DNA from: Pseudomonas sp.
Lineage (GTDB): Bacteria; Pseudomonadota; Gammaproteobacteria; Pseudomonadales; Pseudomonadaceae
DNA length: 64,000 bases
Direction of reading: 5' to 3'
NCBI RefSeq assembly: GCF_049645325.1
Contig: NZ_JBARTQ010000245.1
Coordinates: 4,447 to 68,446, forward strand
This document shows positions 9,048-18,400 of the stretch, in pieces. Position numbers and translations under genes: made by a program. Each line of letters begins with the position of its first letter. Within the stretch, counting starts at the first letter, position 1. The notes under the pieces were generated by a model, which did no database searches, was not told the origin of the DNA, and worked only from the letters and a program-made list of their open reading frames with translations.

Positions 9048-11143
9048 TGAACCTGCCCAAACTGCGTGAAGACTTGCAGCTGTCCAGCGCCGGCGCGGCC
9101 CTGGACGGCTCGCCGCGCTGGACCTTGGCCGACCCGGTGCGCGGGCGCTATTTCAAGCTCGGCGCAAGTGCTATTCGCTTGCTGCGGCATTGGTCCCTGG
9201 GCGACCCGGAAAAAGTCCTGCAAGCCGCCAACCGCGAGCCGGGCTTGCCCTTGGGTGGCAGCGAAGTGGATGAGCTGTTGAGCTTTCTGCGCGCCCACGA
9301 CCTGATCGCTGCCCTCGACCCGGAACAGCGCGCCAGCTATGTCTATAAAGCCGCCGCGCAAAAACACAGCTTGTGGCAGGTGCTGCTGCATCAATACTTG
9401 TTTTTCCGCATTCCGCTGTGGCGCCCGGATGCTTTTCTGAACCGGGCGTGGCCGTGGTTGGCGCGCTTCGGGCCGGGTTTGCTGCGGTACGGGCTGCCGA
9501 CAGTGTTGGTGCTCGGCGTGTTTCTGGTCGCGCGAGATTGGCAGCGCTTTCTGGCGACCTTTCCGCATTTGTTCAGCCTGGGCGGTGCCCTGGCGTTCGG
9601 TGTGGCGCTGTTCTTTGCCAAGCTGTGCCATGAATTCGGCCATGCCTTCATGGCCAAGCGCGCCGGGTGCCGGGTGCAGAGCATGGGCGTTGCGTTCATG
9701 GTGCTGCTGCCGATGTTCTACACCGACGTGAGTGACGCTTGGCGCGTCAATGACCGTCGCGCGCGGCTGATGATCGGTGCCGGCGGGGTGATGGCCGAGT
9801 TGTTGCTGGCGTGCATCGCCCTGCTGGCCTGGTCGCTGTTGCCGGACGGCCCGGCGCGCACGGCGGCGTTCATGCTGGCGAGCGCCACCTGGCTGACGAC
9901 GCTGGCGATCAACCTCAACCCGTTCATGCGCTTTGATGGTTACTTCCTGATCAGTGATCTGTGGGGTGTGGATAACCTGCAAGCTCGCGCCTTTGCGTTG
10001 TGCCGCTGGCGTTTGCGTGAGCTGCTGTTCGGCTATGGCGAGCCGGCGCCGGAGCCGTGGTCGCCGGTGATGCAGCGGCGGTTGTTGGCGTGGGGCTACC
10101 TGGCGTGGCTGTGGCGCGCGGCGCTGTTTTTGGGCATCGCATTGGCGGTGTATCACCTGTTCTTCAAGTTGCTCGGGATCTTCCTGATGCTGGTGGAATT
10201 GGTGTGGTTCATCTTCCTGCCGATCTTCAAGGAATGGCGCGAATGGTGGAGCCGCCGCAGCCAGGCCCATGCACCTCGGGTATTACTCAGCAGCCTGGGT
10301 TTGGTGCTGATCGTGCTGGCGCTGGTGGTGCCATGGCGCAGCGCAGTGGAGTTGCCGACCATGCTCGAAGCCGGGCGCGCCAGTGCGCTGCATGCGCCGG
10401 TGGCGGCGCGGGTCAAGGCGTTACACGTGGTGGACGGGCAGGTGGTGACCCAGGGGCAGGTGCTGATCGAGCTGGAGTCGCCGGACCTGGACGCGCGGCA
10501 AAGCATCGTGCGCCGCGAAGTCGACATTCTGCAGTTGCAGATGCGCCGTCAGGCCGGGCGCAGTGAAACGGCGGCGGATGCCGGCATCAATGATCAGCGC
10601 CTGTCCCAGGCCCTGGCGGAATACCGTGGCCTGGCTGCCCAGCGCGAACGCCTGCTGCTGCGCGCACCTCATGCCGGCACCGTGCGCGATGTGCTGCCGC
10701 AATTGAGCGTGGGCCGTTGGCTGTCGCCCAAGGACCCGCTGGCGCAAGTGGTGGAAGAGGGCGCACGCCTGCGTGGTTACGTGGCGGAGGCCGAATTATG
10801 GCGCGTGGCGCCGGGGGCGACCGGGCGGTTTATTGCCGATGACCCGATGCACGCGGCTATCTCGGTGGAGTTGACGGATATCGACGCCAACGGCGTGGCC
10901 TACCTGGACCAGGAGGCGCTGACCTCTGACCACCACGGGCCGATTGCCGTGCGCCGGGATGAAAATCAGCGCCCGGAGCCGGTGCAGGCCCAGTACGGCG
11001 CACGGTTGAAAAGCCTGCAAGCGATCGAGACGCCCCGTCAGCCGCTGCGTGGCGTGACGGTGTTGCAAGGGCGCAGTGAATCGGTGCTGGGCGTGGCCTG
11101 GCGACGTGCGGCGGCGTTGGGCGTGCGGGAAAGCGGGTTCTGA
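9047..11143 (+). CDS. Fusion protein: PqqD/RRE-like N-terminal domain, polytopic M50 (site-2-protease family) zinc metalloprotease, and a C-terminal HlyD adaptor domain
   Basis: 698 aa with a TGATG overlap with the upstream stop. HEFGH is at 9629-9643 and NPFMRFDG at 9917-9940, the two M50 signature motifs, both embedded in TM segments. The C-terminal third has HlyD lipoyl motifs (VKALHVVDGQVVTQGQVLIELE; LRAPHAGTVRDV) and a coiled coil. The RRE call for the N-terminal ~100 aa is pattern-based only. Confidence 0.8.
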   Translation: MNLPKLREDLQLSSAGAALDGSPRWTLADPVRGRYFKLGASAIRLLRHWSLGDPEKVLQAANREPGLPLGGSEVDELLSFLRAHDLIAALDPEQRASYVYKAAAQKHSLWQVLLHQYLFFRIPLWRPDAFLNRAWPWLARFGPGLLRYGLPTVLVLGVFLVARDWQRFLATFPHLFSLGGALAFGVALFFAKLCHEFGHAFMAKRAGCRVQSMGVAFMVLLPMFYTDVSDAWRVNDRRARLMIGAGGVMAELLLACIALLAWSLLPDGPARTAAFMLASATWLTTLAINLNPFMRFDGYFLISDLWGVDNLQARAFALCRWRLRELLFGYGEPAPEPWSPVMQRRLLAWGYLAWLWRAALFLGIALAVYHLFFKLLGIFLMLVELVWFIFLPIFKEWREWWSRRSQAHAPRVLLSSLGLVLIVLALVVPWRSAVELPTMLEAGRASALHAPVAARVKALHVVDGQVVTQGQVLIELESPDLDARQSIVRREVDILQLQMRRQAGRSETAADAGINDQRLSQALAEYRGLAAQRERLLLRAPHAGTVRDVLPQLSVGRWLSPKDPLAQVVEEGARLRGYVAEAELWRVAPGATGRFIADDPMHAAISVELTDIDANGVAYLDQEALTSDHHGPIAVRRDENQRPEPVQAQYGARLKSLQAIETPRQPLRGVTVLQGRSESVLGVAWRRAAALGVRESGF

Positions 11144-11158
11144 CAGGAGTTGAACACA

Positions 11159-11674
11159 ATGTTGAAAAAGGAGGGCGCCTTGGCGCAAGGCCTGGTGGTG
11201 CGCCCGTCACACAGCGCAGACGGGCCCTTTTTGCAGGGCCTGTACCGCTCGGCGCGCGCGGATCTGCAGTGGATCGACGGCGAGCAGGCGCTGGTCGAGG
11301 AGGTGATCGCCCAGCAATTCCAGGTGCAGGAAAAGGGCATGGATGAGCATTTTCCTGGCGCCCTGCACTACGTGATCGAGAAACTGGGCACGCCCATTGG
11401 CGCGTTGAGCGCTGACTTCGGGCCCAATGAAATCCGCGTGCTGTACCTGGCGTTTATCCCCGCCGCGCGAGGCCAGGGTTTTGGTCGTGCGGTACTGCAA
11501 GGCGTGCAGCAGGCCGCTGTGCAGGTGGTGTGCCCGGTGACCACGGTGGTGTGGGCGAGTAACCCCCACGCGCGCCAGCATTACCTGGCGCTGGGGTTTC
11601 GTGTGGAGCAAGAGACGCCCGCCGCGCAGCGCTTGGTGTGGTACCCGTCTCAGTTGAACACGATGCAGAAGTAG
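11159..11674 (+). CDS. GNAT-family N-acetyltransferase
   Basis: AGGAG lies 9 nt upstream of ATG 11159. The acetyl-CoA-binding-type motif is present (LAFIPAARGQGFGRAVLQGV). About 171 aa. Confidence 0.75.
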   Translation: MLKKEGALAQGLVVRPSHSADGPFLQGLYRSARADLQWIDGEQALVEEVIAQQFQVQEKGMDEHFPGALHYVIEKLGTPIGALSADFGPNEIRVLYLAFIPAARGQGFGRAVLQGVQQAAVQVVCPVTTVVWASNPHARQHYLALGFRVEQETPAAQRLVWYPSQLNTMQK

Positions 11675-11958
11675 CCGCGCCCGGCGTCGCGGCCCATGGC
11701 GGGCTCGCGGGACACAAAAACGTGCTCCAGGCAGGTGTCCGCCAGTGGCAAGCGGCATAAACCGTCGATGAAATCCGTGGGCACCAGGCTTTCGAGCAAC
11801 ACGCTGAAGGCGCCGCGCGGGCTGCCCGGCAAGCTGGCTTTAGGGGCATCGGTCAGGCGTTGGACCTGTATCGGCAACGCTGAACCATCGGGCAGATACA
11901 GCACGCTGGTTCGCTCCAGCAACGGGCGAAAATGTTCGAGGGTGACCAGGTTCAACAT
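11650..11958 (-). CDS. Small conserved hypothetical protein (~102 aa), partner of the tail-collar gene
   Basis: GGAG lies 6 nt upstream of ATG 11958. The gene sits 38-50 nt downstream of the tail-collar gene on the same strand. The translation (MLNLVTLEHFRPLL...YFCIVFN) resembles a DUF family I recall pairing with tail-collar proteins, possibly DUF6916, but I am not certain. Confidence 0.55.
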   Translation of the reverse strand: MLNLVTLEHFRPLLERTSVLYLPDGSALPIQVQRLTDAPKASLPGSPRGAFSVLLESLVPTDFIDGLCRLPLADTCLEHVFVSREPAMGRDAGRGYFCIVFN

Positions 11959-12007
11959 GCAGGGCTCCACGTCAGAAGTGCCGGGGCTTGAGGGCCCCGG
12001 CCGGGGG

Positions 12008-12598
12008 TTAGTTGCGCGATGGAAAGATCCCGTTCAAGGCAATGCTGAAGTTGATCGCCAGGTAGGGGTTCATGGTCGCCATGGGCTGACCTTGGCCGGC
12101 GGGGCTGATCGCGCCTCCGCTGACGGCGGTGCTGACGCCCTGCAGGGCCACCGGCGTGGCGCCCTGTTGGTCGGAATAGATCGCAGCACTGCCCGGCCCG
12201 GCGCCTGACGCGCCGATAAATGAGTTGGTGGCGGTGGGTAAGGTCACTGGGTTGCTGGCGGGCACCGCCAGTTGCACGGCGGTGGCGACAGTGATCGGCG
12301 TCATGGCATGCGTGTGGTTGGGAAGATTAAGCAGCGTAGCGGTCACCGACTCCGTGCCCGAGACCTCGCCGATGACCCGCGTCGACAGGCCCGCGCCGGC
12401 GCCCTGGCCGATGGGCATGCGACCTTGCAGGTTCGGCAGCATGAAGGTCGTTGTGCCATTGCCGCCGTAAATGATGCCGAGCAGCGAATAAAGCGCCTGG
12501 TACTGGCTGAGCGGCAAGGTTTGACCGGCGCACAGGGCCCAGTCTCTGGGGGCGAAATCAAACGCAAAGGGTTGGATGGTGCCAATGAAAACTTCCAT
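12008..12598 (-). CDS. Phage tail collar domain protein (MdpB / microcystin-dependent-protein family)
   Basis: 196 aa. It has the hallmark N-terminus (MEVFIGTIQPFAFDFAPRDWALCAGQTLPLSQYQALYSLLG..YGG.G.TTFMLPNLQGR.PIGQG) and C-terminus (MNPYLAINFSIALNGIFPSRN). Confidence 0.9.
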   Translation of the reverse strand: MEVFIGTIQPFAFDFAPRDWALCAGQTLPLSQYQALYSLLGIIYGGNGTTTFMLPNLQGRMPIGQGAGAGLSTRVIGEVSGTESVTATLLNLPNHTHAMTPITVATAVQLAVPASNPVTLPTATNSFIGASGAGPGSAAIYSDQQGATPVALQGVSTAVSGGAISPAGQGQPMATMNPYLAINFSIALNGIFPSRN

Positions 12599-12798
12599 GG
12601 ATCGTTCATCCTTGTAATGGGTTTAACAGGGTGTGACGCCAATCGATCTGGTGTCATCGCAGAGCGTAGTCGCAGGTTTTACGCGCCGCCCGACGGTTGC
12701 AAAACAGCAAGCGAAACCGGGGCTTTTGTCCTAGAGTGGCGCTTGTTTGCGGATGTGCAGGGTTTGCCCGAAAAACGGGCAGTGTCAGGGGAATTGAG

Positions 12799-14412
12799 GT
12801 GCGACGGTCTGTGGTAGAACAAGACGACAAAGTGGCGGCATTTCCCGCAGTCAATCGCCTTTCGGGGGCTTGGGAAGGCGCCGGCTGGCTCAGCCGGTTA
12901 TGGTGGGTGCCGATCCTGGCGCTGGCCATGGCCGCGCGCTTCTATGGCCTGACGGCGGCGGCGATCTGGGGTGACGAAGGCTCGAGCCTGCTGCTCAGCG
13001 AATACGCCATGGACGACCTGTGGTTTCACGCCGCCCATGATGTGCACCCGCCGCTGTATTTCTTCATGCTGCGTGGCTGGATCGAGGTATTTGGCGACAG
13101 CATCTGGTCGATTCGGGGCATGAGCGCCATTCCCGGTGTGGTCGCGGTGGGCCTGGGCATCTGGCTGACGCGCACGCTGTCGACCCGGCGCGCCGCCCTG
13201 CTGGCAGGCGTGCTGCTGGCGCTGTTTCCCACCGCGGTGCGTTACAGCCAGGAAGTGCGGATGTACTCGCTGCTGGCCGTGTGGTTGCTGGGCGCCACGC
13301 TCGCGCTGGTGTACTGGGTGCGCCAGCCTGCGCGCACGCGGTACCTGGCGGTTTACGTGCTGCTGATGGCTGCCGGGTTCTACACCCATTACTTCACAGC
13401 GTTGTGCGTGCTGGTGCATTGGCTCTATCTGGGGCTGTTATGCACCTGCCAGGCACCGGGCCAACGCTTGATTATCCGCCCGTCGTGGTGGTGCGCAAAT
13501 ACCGCGATTGTGGCGTTATACCTGCCCTGGCTGCCGAACCTGCTTGACTTGACCCAGCACATTGATCAGCTCAAGGTCGGCGGTGACATAGGGTGGGAAG
13601 ACCCGGTTTCGCTTATTTCCGTACCGTCGATGATCTGGCAGTTCACGCTTCAGGATGAAGGCATTGGTTTCTGGCCGCCGTTGTTCTGGCTGTTCCCACT
13701 GCTCTTGATCGCTGTCGTGGTTATTACTGCGTGGCGTGATCACGATCGCTATCGTCCGGCTTGCCTGATGGCGTTGTTCCTCCTGCTGCCACTGCTGCTG
13801 GTATACGGGGTTTCGTTTATTTCCCCGGTCTTTATCGAGCGCTATCTCACCGTATACGCGCTGGGTTTGCCGCTCCTGCTGGCGCTGGCCATCGATCGTC
13901 TGCCCAAACGCCTTTCGTGGCTGGGCGCAGTGTTGTTTGTGCTATTTGTCGGTGTGGAGCTGCTGGGGTTGAAGAACAACGCCACCGTGGACGTGCATAA
14001 TCAATTCAATGTGCCGGTAGAGTTCGTTAACCGCAATTATCAGGAGGACGACCGTATCGTCCTCAGCGACATGCTGTGGTACCTCCCCTACGTGTATTAC
14101 GACCAGACCGACGCGCAATTGCAGCTATACACGCCGCCCAAACCCGACGGCACATCAACGCGGCCAAACGCCTATGGCTTTGGCACCCTGGTGGACCAGG
14201 ACGGCGGCCGCATTTACCTTGACCGCCTTTCGGCATTGCCGGCGGATACACGTCGCGTCTGGCTGATCAGCAGCAACGAAATGCCGGACGATTTCGCGCC
14301 GATTCCCGAAGGCTGGCGACAATTGTTGCAGCAGGACGGTGGCGGTGCGCGGGCACGGTTATTTGTACTGTGCCGCGGGCCAGAGCCCTCGCAGCCTGAG
14401 GGCTGCCACTAA
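12799..14412 (+). CDS. Glycosyltransferase family 39 (PMT_2/ArnT-like, polyprenyl-phosphate-sugar dependent) membrane protein
   Basis: The ORF is 12697-14412. GTG 12799 is preferred because AGGGGA lies upstream. The protein is polytopic with a loop-1 DE motif (IWGDEGSS; GAC GAA at 12973-12978) and HPPLYFFMLRGW, followed by a ~150-aa C-terminal soluble domain. The start is uncertain by about 12 nt or more. Confidence 0.8.
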   Translation: MRRSVVEQDDKVAAFPAVNRLSGAWEGAGWLSRLWWVPILALAMAARFYGLTAAAIWGDEGSSLLLSEYAMDDLWFHAAHDVHPPLYFFMLRGWIEVFGDSIWSIRGMSAIPGVVAVGLGIWLTRTLSTRRAALLAGVLLALFPTAVRYSQEVRMYSLLAVWLLGATLALVYWVRQPARTRYLAVYVLLMAAGFYTHYFTALCVLVHWLYLGLLCTCQAPGQRLIIRPSWWCANTAIVALYLPWLPNLLDLTQHIDQLKVGGDIGWEDPVSLISVPSMIWQFTLQDEGIGFWPPLFWLFPLLLIAVVVITAWRDHDRYRPACLMALFLLLPLLLVYGVSFISPVFIERYLTVYALGLPLLLALAIDRLPKRLSWLGAVLFVLFVGVELLGLKNNATVDVHNQFNVPVEFVNRNYQEDDRIVLSDMLWYLPYVYYDQTDAQLQLYTPPKPDGTSTRPNAYGFGTLVDQDGGRIYLDRLSALPADTRRVWLISSNEMPDDFAPIPEGWRQLLQQDGGGARARLFVLCRGPEPSQPEGCH

Positions 14413-14518
14413 TTACAAATCGGCATTAGACGAATGCCAAAATAGTGGCAAATGCCCACTAGTCGACACTGCAATCCTCAGCTACGCTTCGGCCACAAAT
14501 GGATTTTTGGCCTACAAA

Positions 14519-15364
14519 GTGGTGAACGGATTGCAGTATCACTTCATCTCGGGTTTGCCGCGTTCCGGATCGACCCTGCTCTCTGCCATTTTGTTGCAGA
14601 ACCCGCGTTTTCACGCGGGCATGACCAGCCCGGTGGGGTCACTGTTCTGCAGCGTACTGGACCAGTGCAGCGCGGGCAGTGAGTTCGGCGCGGTGATCGA
14701 TACCCACATGCGCCGTCGCCTTCTGCGCGGCCTGTTCGACTCCTATTACGCTGACAAGGCCGATAAACCGGTGGTGTTCGACACCAACCGCCTGTGGAGC
14801 TCGCGTCTTCCGGCCATCAATGATCTGTTCCCTCAGGCCAAGGTCATCGCCTGCGTGCGCAATGTTGCGTGGGTCATGGACAGCCTGGAGCGTCTGTACC
14901 GCGCCAACCCCTTCGAAAACACCAAACTGTTCGTTGATGCCGCCGAACGCAACACGGTCTACAGCCGTTGCGAAACCCTCGCCCAGCGCAACCGCCTGGT
15001 CGGGTTTGCGTGGGCAGCGCTCAAGGAAGCCTATTACGGCGAGCACGCCGACTCCCTGTTGATCATCGATTACGACTTGTTGAGCCAAGCACCGGAGCGG
15101 GTCATGCGCTTGGTGTATGACTTCATCGACGAACCGTGGTTTGAACACGATTTCGACAACCTTGCCTACGACGCGCCGGCGTTTGACCAGGCGTTGGGTG
15201 TCTCGGGCTTGCATAAGGTCCAGCCCAAGGTCCGCTTGCAAACGCGCCGCACCATCTTGCCACCTGACCTGTTCCAGCAGTATGCCGAACTGTCGTTTTG
15301 GCTGGACGGGTCAGCCAGCGCCGCCAATGTAATCCGTATGAAGGCCGACGCCGCGATCAGTTGA
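14519..15364 (+). CDS. PAPS-dependent sulfotransferase (Sulfotransfer_3/TPST-like motifs)
   Basis: The 5'-PSB-like motif GLPRSGSTLL is at 14558-14581 and the 3'-PB-like motif VRNVAWVMDS at 14855-14884. The ORF is open from 14339, but its first ~60 codons overlap or follow the GT39 3' end and look non-coding. The start is therefore uncertain (GTG 14519/14522 or TTG 14531). Confidence 0.8.
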   Translation: MVNGLQYHFISGLPRSGSTLLSAILLQNPRFHAGMTSPVGSLFCSVLDQCSAGSEFGAVIDTHMRRRLLRGLFDSYYADKADKPVVFDTNRLWSSRLPAINDLFPQAKVIACVRNVAWVMDSLERLYRANPFENTKLFVDAAERNTVYSRCETLAQRNRLVGFAWAALKEAYYGEHADSLLIIDYDLLSQAPERVMRLVYDFIDEPWFEHDFDNLAYDAPAFDQALGVSGLHKVQPKVRLQTRRTILPPDLFQQYAELSFWLDGSASAANVIRMKADAAIS

Positions 15365-15413
15365 TCGCGGCGTTTCTTTTCCCTCAAAGAACGTTCGACC
15401 CCGGGTGAGCCGC

Positions 15414-18400
15414 ATGTGGTGGAGCAATCGCAAGTCGCGGGGTACGCAAGCCTTACAGGCGCGGGTCTCGCCAATGATCATGCACCTGGAACCGCGCATG
15501 CTGTTCGACGGCGCAGTCGCCGCCACCGTGGCCGAAGCGGCGCAACCTGACAGCCATCCCACCGCCGACGCCGCCAAGCCGCCCACAGCCGATCACCCGA
15601 CCGTGAGCAAAGACACCCACGGCCAGGCCGATGCGCCTGCCGTTTCACCTGTGGCCGTGCCCGGGCAAACCGTGTTGTTTGTGGACGCCCGAGTCAAAGA
15701 CTCCGCCAGCTTGTTGCAAGGCGTGGCGCCGGGTACCCAGGTGGTCCAGCTGGACGCGAGCAAAGACGGCCTGCAGCAAATTGCCGACTACCTCGACACC
15801 CATCAGGGCGTCAGCTCGGTGCAGGTCATTGCCCATGGCAACGCGGGCGATCTCTGGCTCGGCACCACCTACCTGTCGGCCGACAACGTCGCGGCGCGCA
15901 GCGCGGTGCTGGGGCAGATCGGCAAAGACATGAACGTCGGCGGCGACATCCTGATCTACGCCTGCTACACCGCAGAAGGCCAGCGTGGCGTGGACTTTGT
16001 CGACTCGCTCGCCGCGTTGACCGGCCGCGATGTCGCAGCGTCCACTAACCGCACCGGCGTGGGTGGCGACTGGAACCTCGAAATCGCCACCGGCAGCATT
16101 GAAAGCGCCAATGTGCTCTCGACCAAAGCCATGAGCGAGTATCAGTGGGGACTGGCCACCTGGACCGCCACCAACAACCTCGACAGCGGGGCCAATTCCC
16201 TGCGTGCGGAACTGGCCCTGGCGCAGAACGGTGACATCGTCACGTTCAGTGCATCAATGACGGTTAATTTGAACAGTGAGTTGCTGGTCAACAAAAACAT
16301 CACGATCGATGGCGACCTTAACAACGACGGCGTTGCCGACGTCACGTTGAGCGGCCAGTACAAAACCCGGGTGATTGAAGTGGCGTCCGGCAGCACCGTA
16401 GTGCTGGATGGCTTGGTGATCACCAAGGGCTTGGCAGCCGGCGACGGTGCCAACAGTGGTTTCACCGCCGGTAACGCGTTGGGCGGCGGTATTTTGAACG
16501 CCGGCAACCTGACCCTGAGAAACGTCACCGTGACCGCCAATGCGGCGTCGGGCGGCGGTGGCGGCGGTGGCGTGACCCCAATTTACGCCGGCGGCTCCGG
16601 CGGCGGCGGTGGCGGGGTGGGTGGCGCTGGCGGCGGCAGCGGCGGTAACACGACAGCCCAAGGGCGGCCGACGTATTTTGGTACGGCTGGCGGCTCAGGC
16701 GCCGGTGGCATCGGCGGCAGCTATGACTCGGTCCACCTCGGTGGCCGAGGCGGCGCAGTCAGCGGTGCCGGCGGTACAGGCGGCACGTCGGGTGCGTCGG
16801 GCTACAGCGTTGGCGGCAACGGCGGCACCGCGGGCATCGGCGGTATCACCGTGGGCGGCGGCGGTGGCGGCTCGGGTTGGAACAAAGTCGGTGGCATCGG
16901 TGGCTCTGCCGCTGGCGGCATCTACAACTCCGGCACACTCACCGTGGTTGGCACTTCGCACATCACCGGCAACATTGCGGCTGGGGGCGGTGGCGGCGGT
17001 GGCGGCGGGTTGGCGAGCTATGGCGGGAGCGTCGACAACGGCGGTGCCGCAGGCCAGGGTATCGGCGGCATCTGGAACAAAGGCACGTTGCTGATCACGG
17101 CTGCCAACTTTTCGGCCTTGAGCGGTAACGTCGGTGGCAGCGGCTCGGGTGGCGGCGCCTCGGGTGGCGGTACCAATGGCAGCAGCCCGACGGCGGTTAC
17201 CAACTTGCGTAACGACGGCACCCTCAATCAAAACTTTATCGAACCGCCGACCGCAACCATCGTGGTGGCGGACACGACGTTGTCCATCGGCGAGACCTCG
17301 TTGGTGACCATCACCTTCAGCACGGCGGTGACCGGTTTCACCAACGCTGACCTGACTGTCGCCAACGGCAGCCTGTCGGCGGTCAGCAGCGGCGACGGCG
17401 GGATCACCTGGACCGCGACCTTCACGCCCAACTCGGCCATCAGCGACAACACCAACCTCATCACCCTGGATAACACCGGGGTGCAAAGCGTCACCGGCAG
17501 CGTGGTGGGCGTTGGTACCAGCGAATCCAACAACTATATCGTTGACACCATAAGGCCCACGGCATCCATCGTGGTGGCGGACACCTCATTGGTAATCGGT
17601 GAAACCTCGTTGGTCACCATTACCTTCAGCGAAGCGGTGACCGGCTTCACCAATGCCGACCTGACCATTGCCAACGGCACCCTGAGTAATGTCTCGTCCT
17701 CTGACGGCGGCACTACCTGGACCGCGACCCTCACGCCCACCTCCAGCGTCAACGACGCCACCAACCTCATCACCCTGAATAACAGCGGGGTCAACGACAT
17801 CGCGGGCAATGCCGGCTCGGGCAATACGGATTCAAACAATTACGCAGTCAATACTGTGCGCCCTACGGCAACGGTGGTGGTCGCCGACACCGTCCTGGCG
17901 ATTGGCGAAACATCGCTGGTGACCATTACGTTCAGCGAGGCCGTGACCGGCTTCACCACCGCCGACCTGACTGTCGCAAACGGCAGCGTCTCGGGTTTGA
18001 GCAGCAGCGACGGCGGTGTCACCTGGACCGGCACGTTAACGCCGACCAACAGCATCACTGACACCACCAACGTGGTGACGCTGGACAATACCGGTGTCAG
18101 CAACCAAGCCGGTAACGCCGGCTCCGGGAGTACCAACTCCAATAACTACGCGGTCGATACACAGCGTCCTACCGCAACGGTCCTGGTCGCCAACTCCAGC
18201 CTGGCGATTGGTCAATCGTCGCAAGTGACTATTACCTTCTCGGAGGCGGTGAGCGGGTTCACCAATGCCGACCTGACCGTCGCTAACGGTTCATTGAGCG
18301 CCGTCAGCAGCAGCGATGGCGGCATCACGTGGACGGCGACCCTGACGCCCAGCGCTGCCGTGACGGACAGTACCAACCTGATCACGCTGACCAACAGCGG

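Noticed and set aside
11650-12598. Whether the tail-collar gene marks a prophage or tailocin cluster.
   Set aside because: There are no other phage structural, lysis, regulatory or integrase genes, and no att-like repeats within the flanking 10 kb. I treat it as an isolated domesticated gene.
16540-17200. Whether the Gly-rich region of the giant protein represents RTX calcium-binding repeats (a T1SS substrate hallmark).
   Set aside because: No GGxGxDxUx nonapeptide register is present and Asp is almost absent. The region consists of GGxGG/GGSG runs, so I do not call it RTX.
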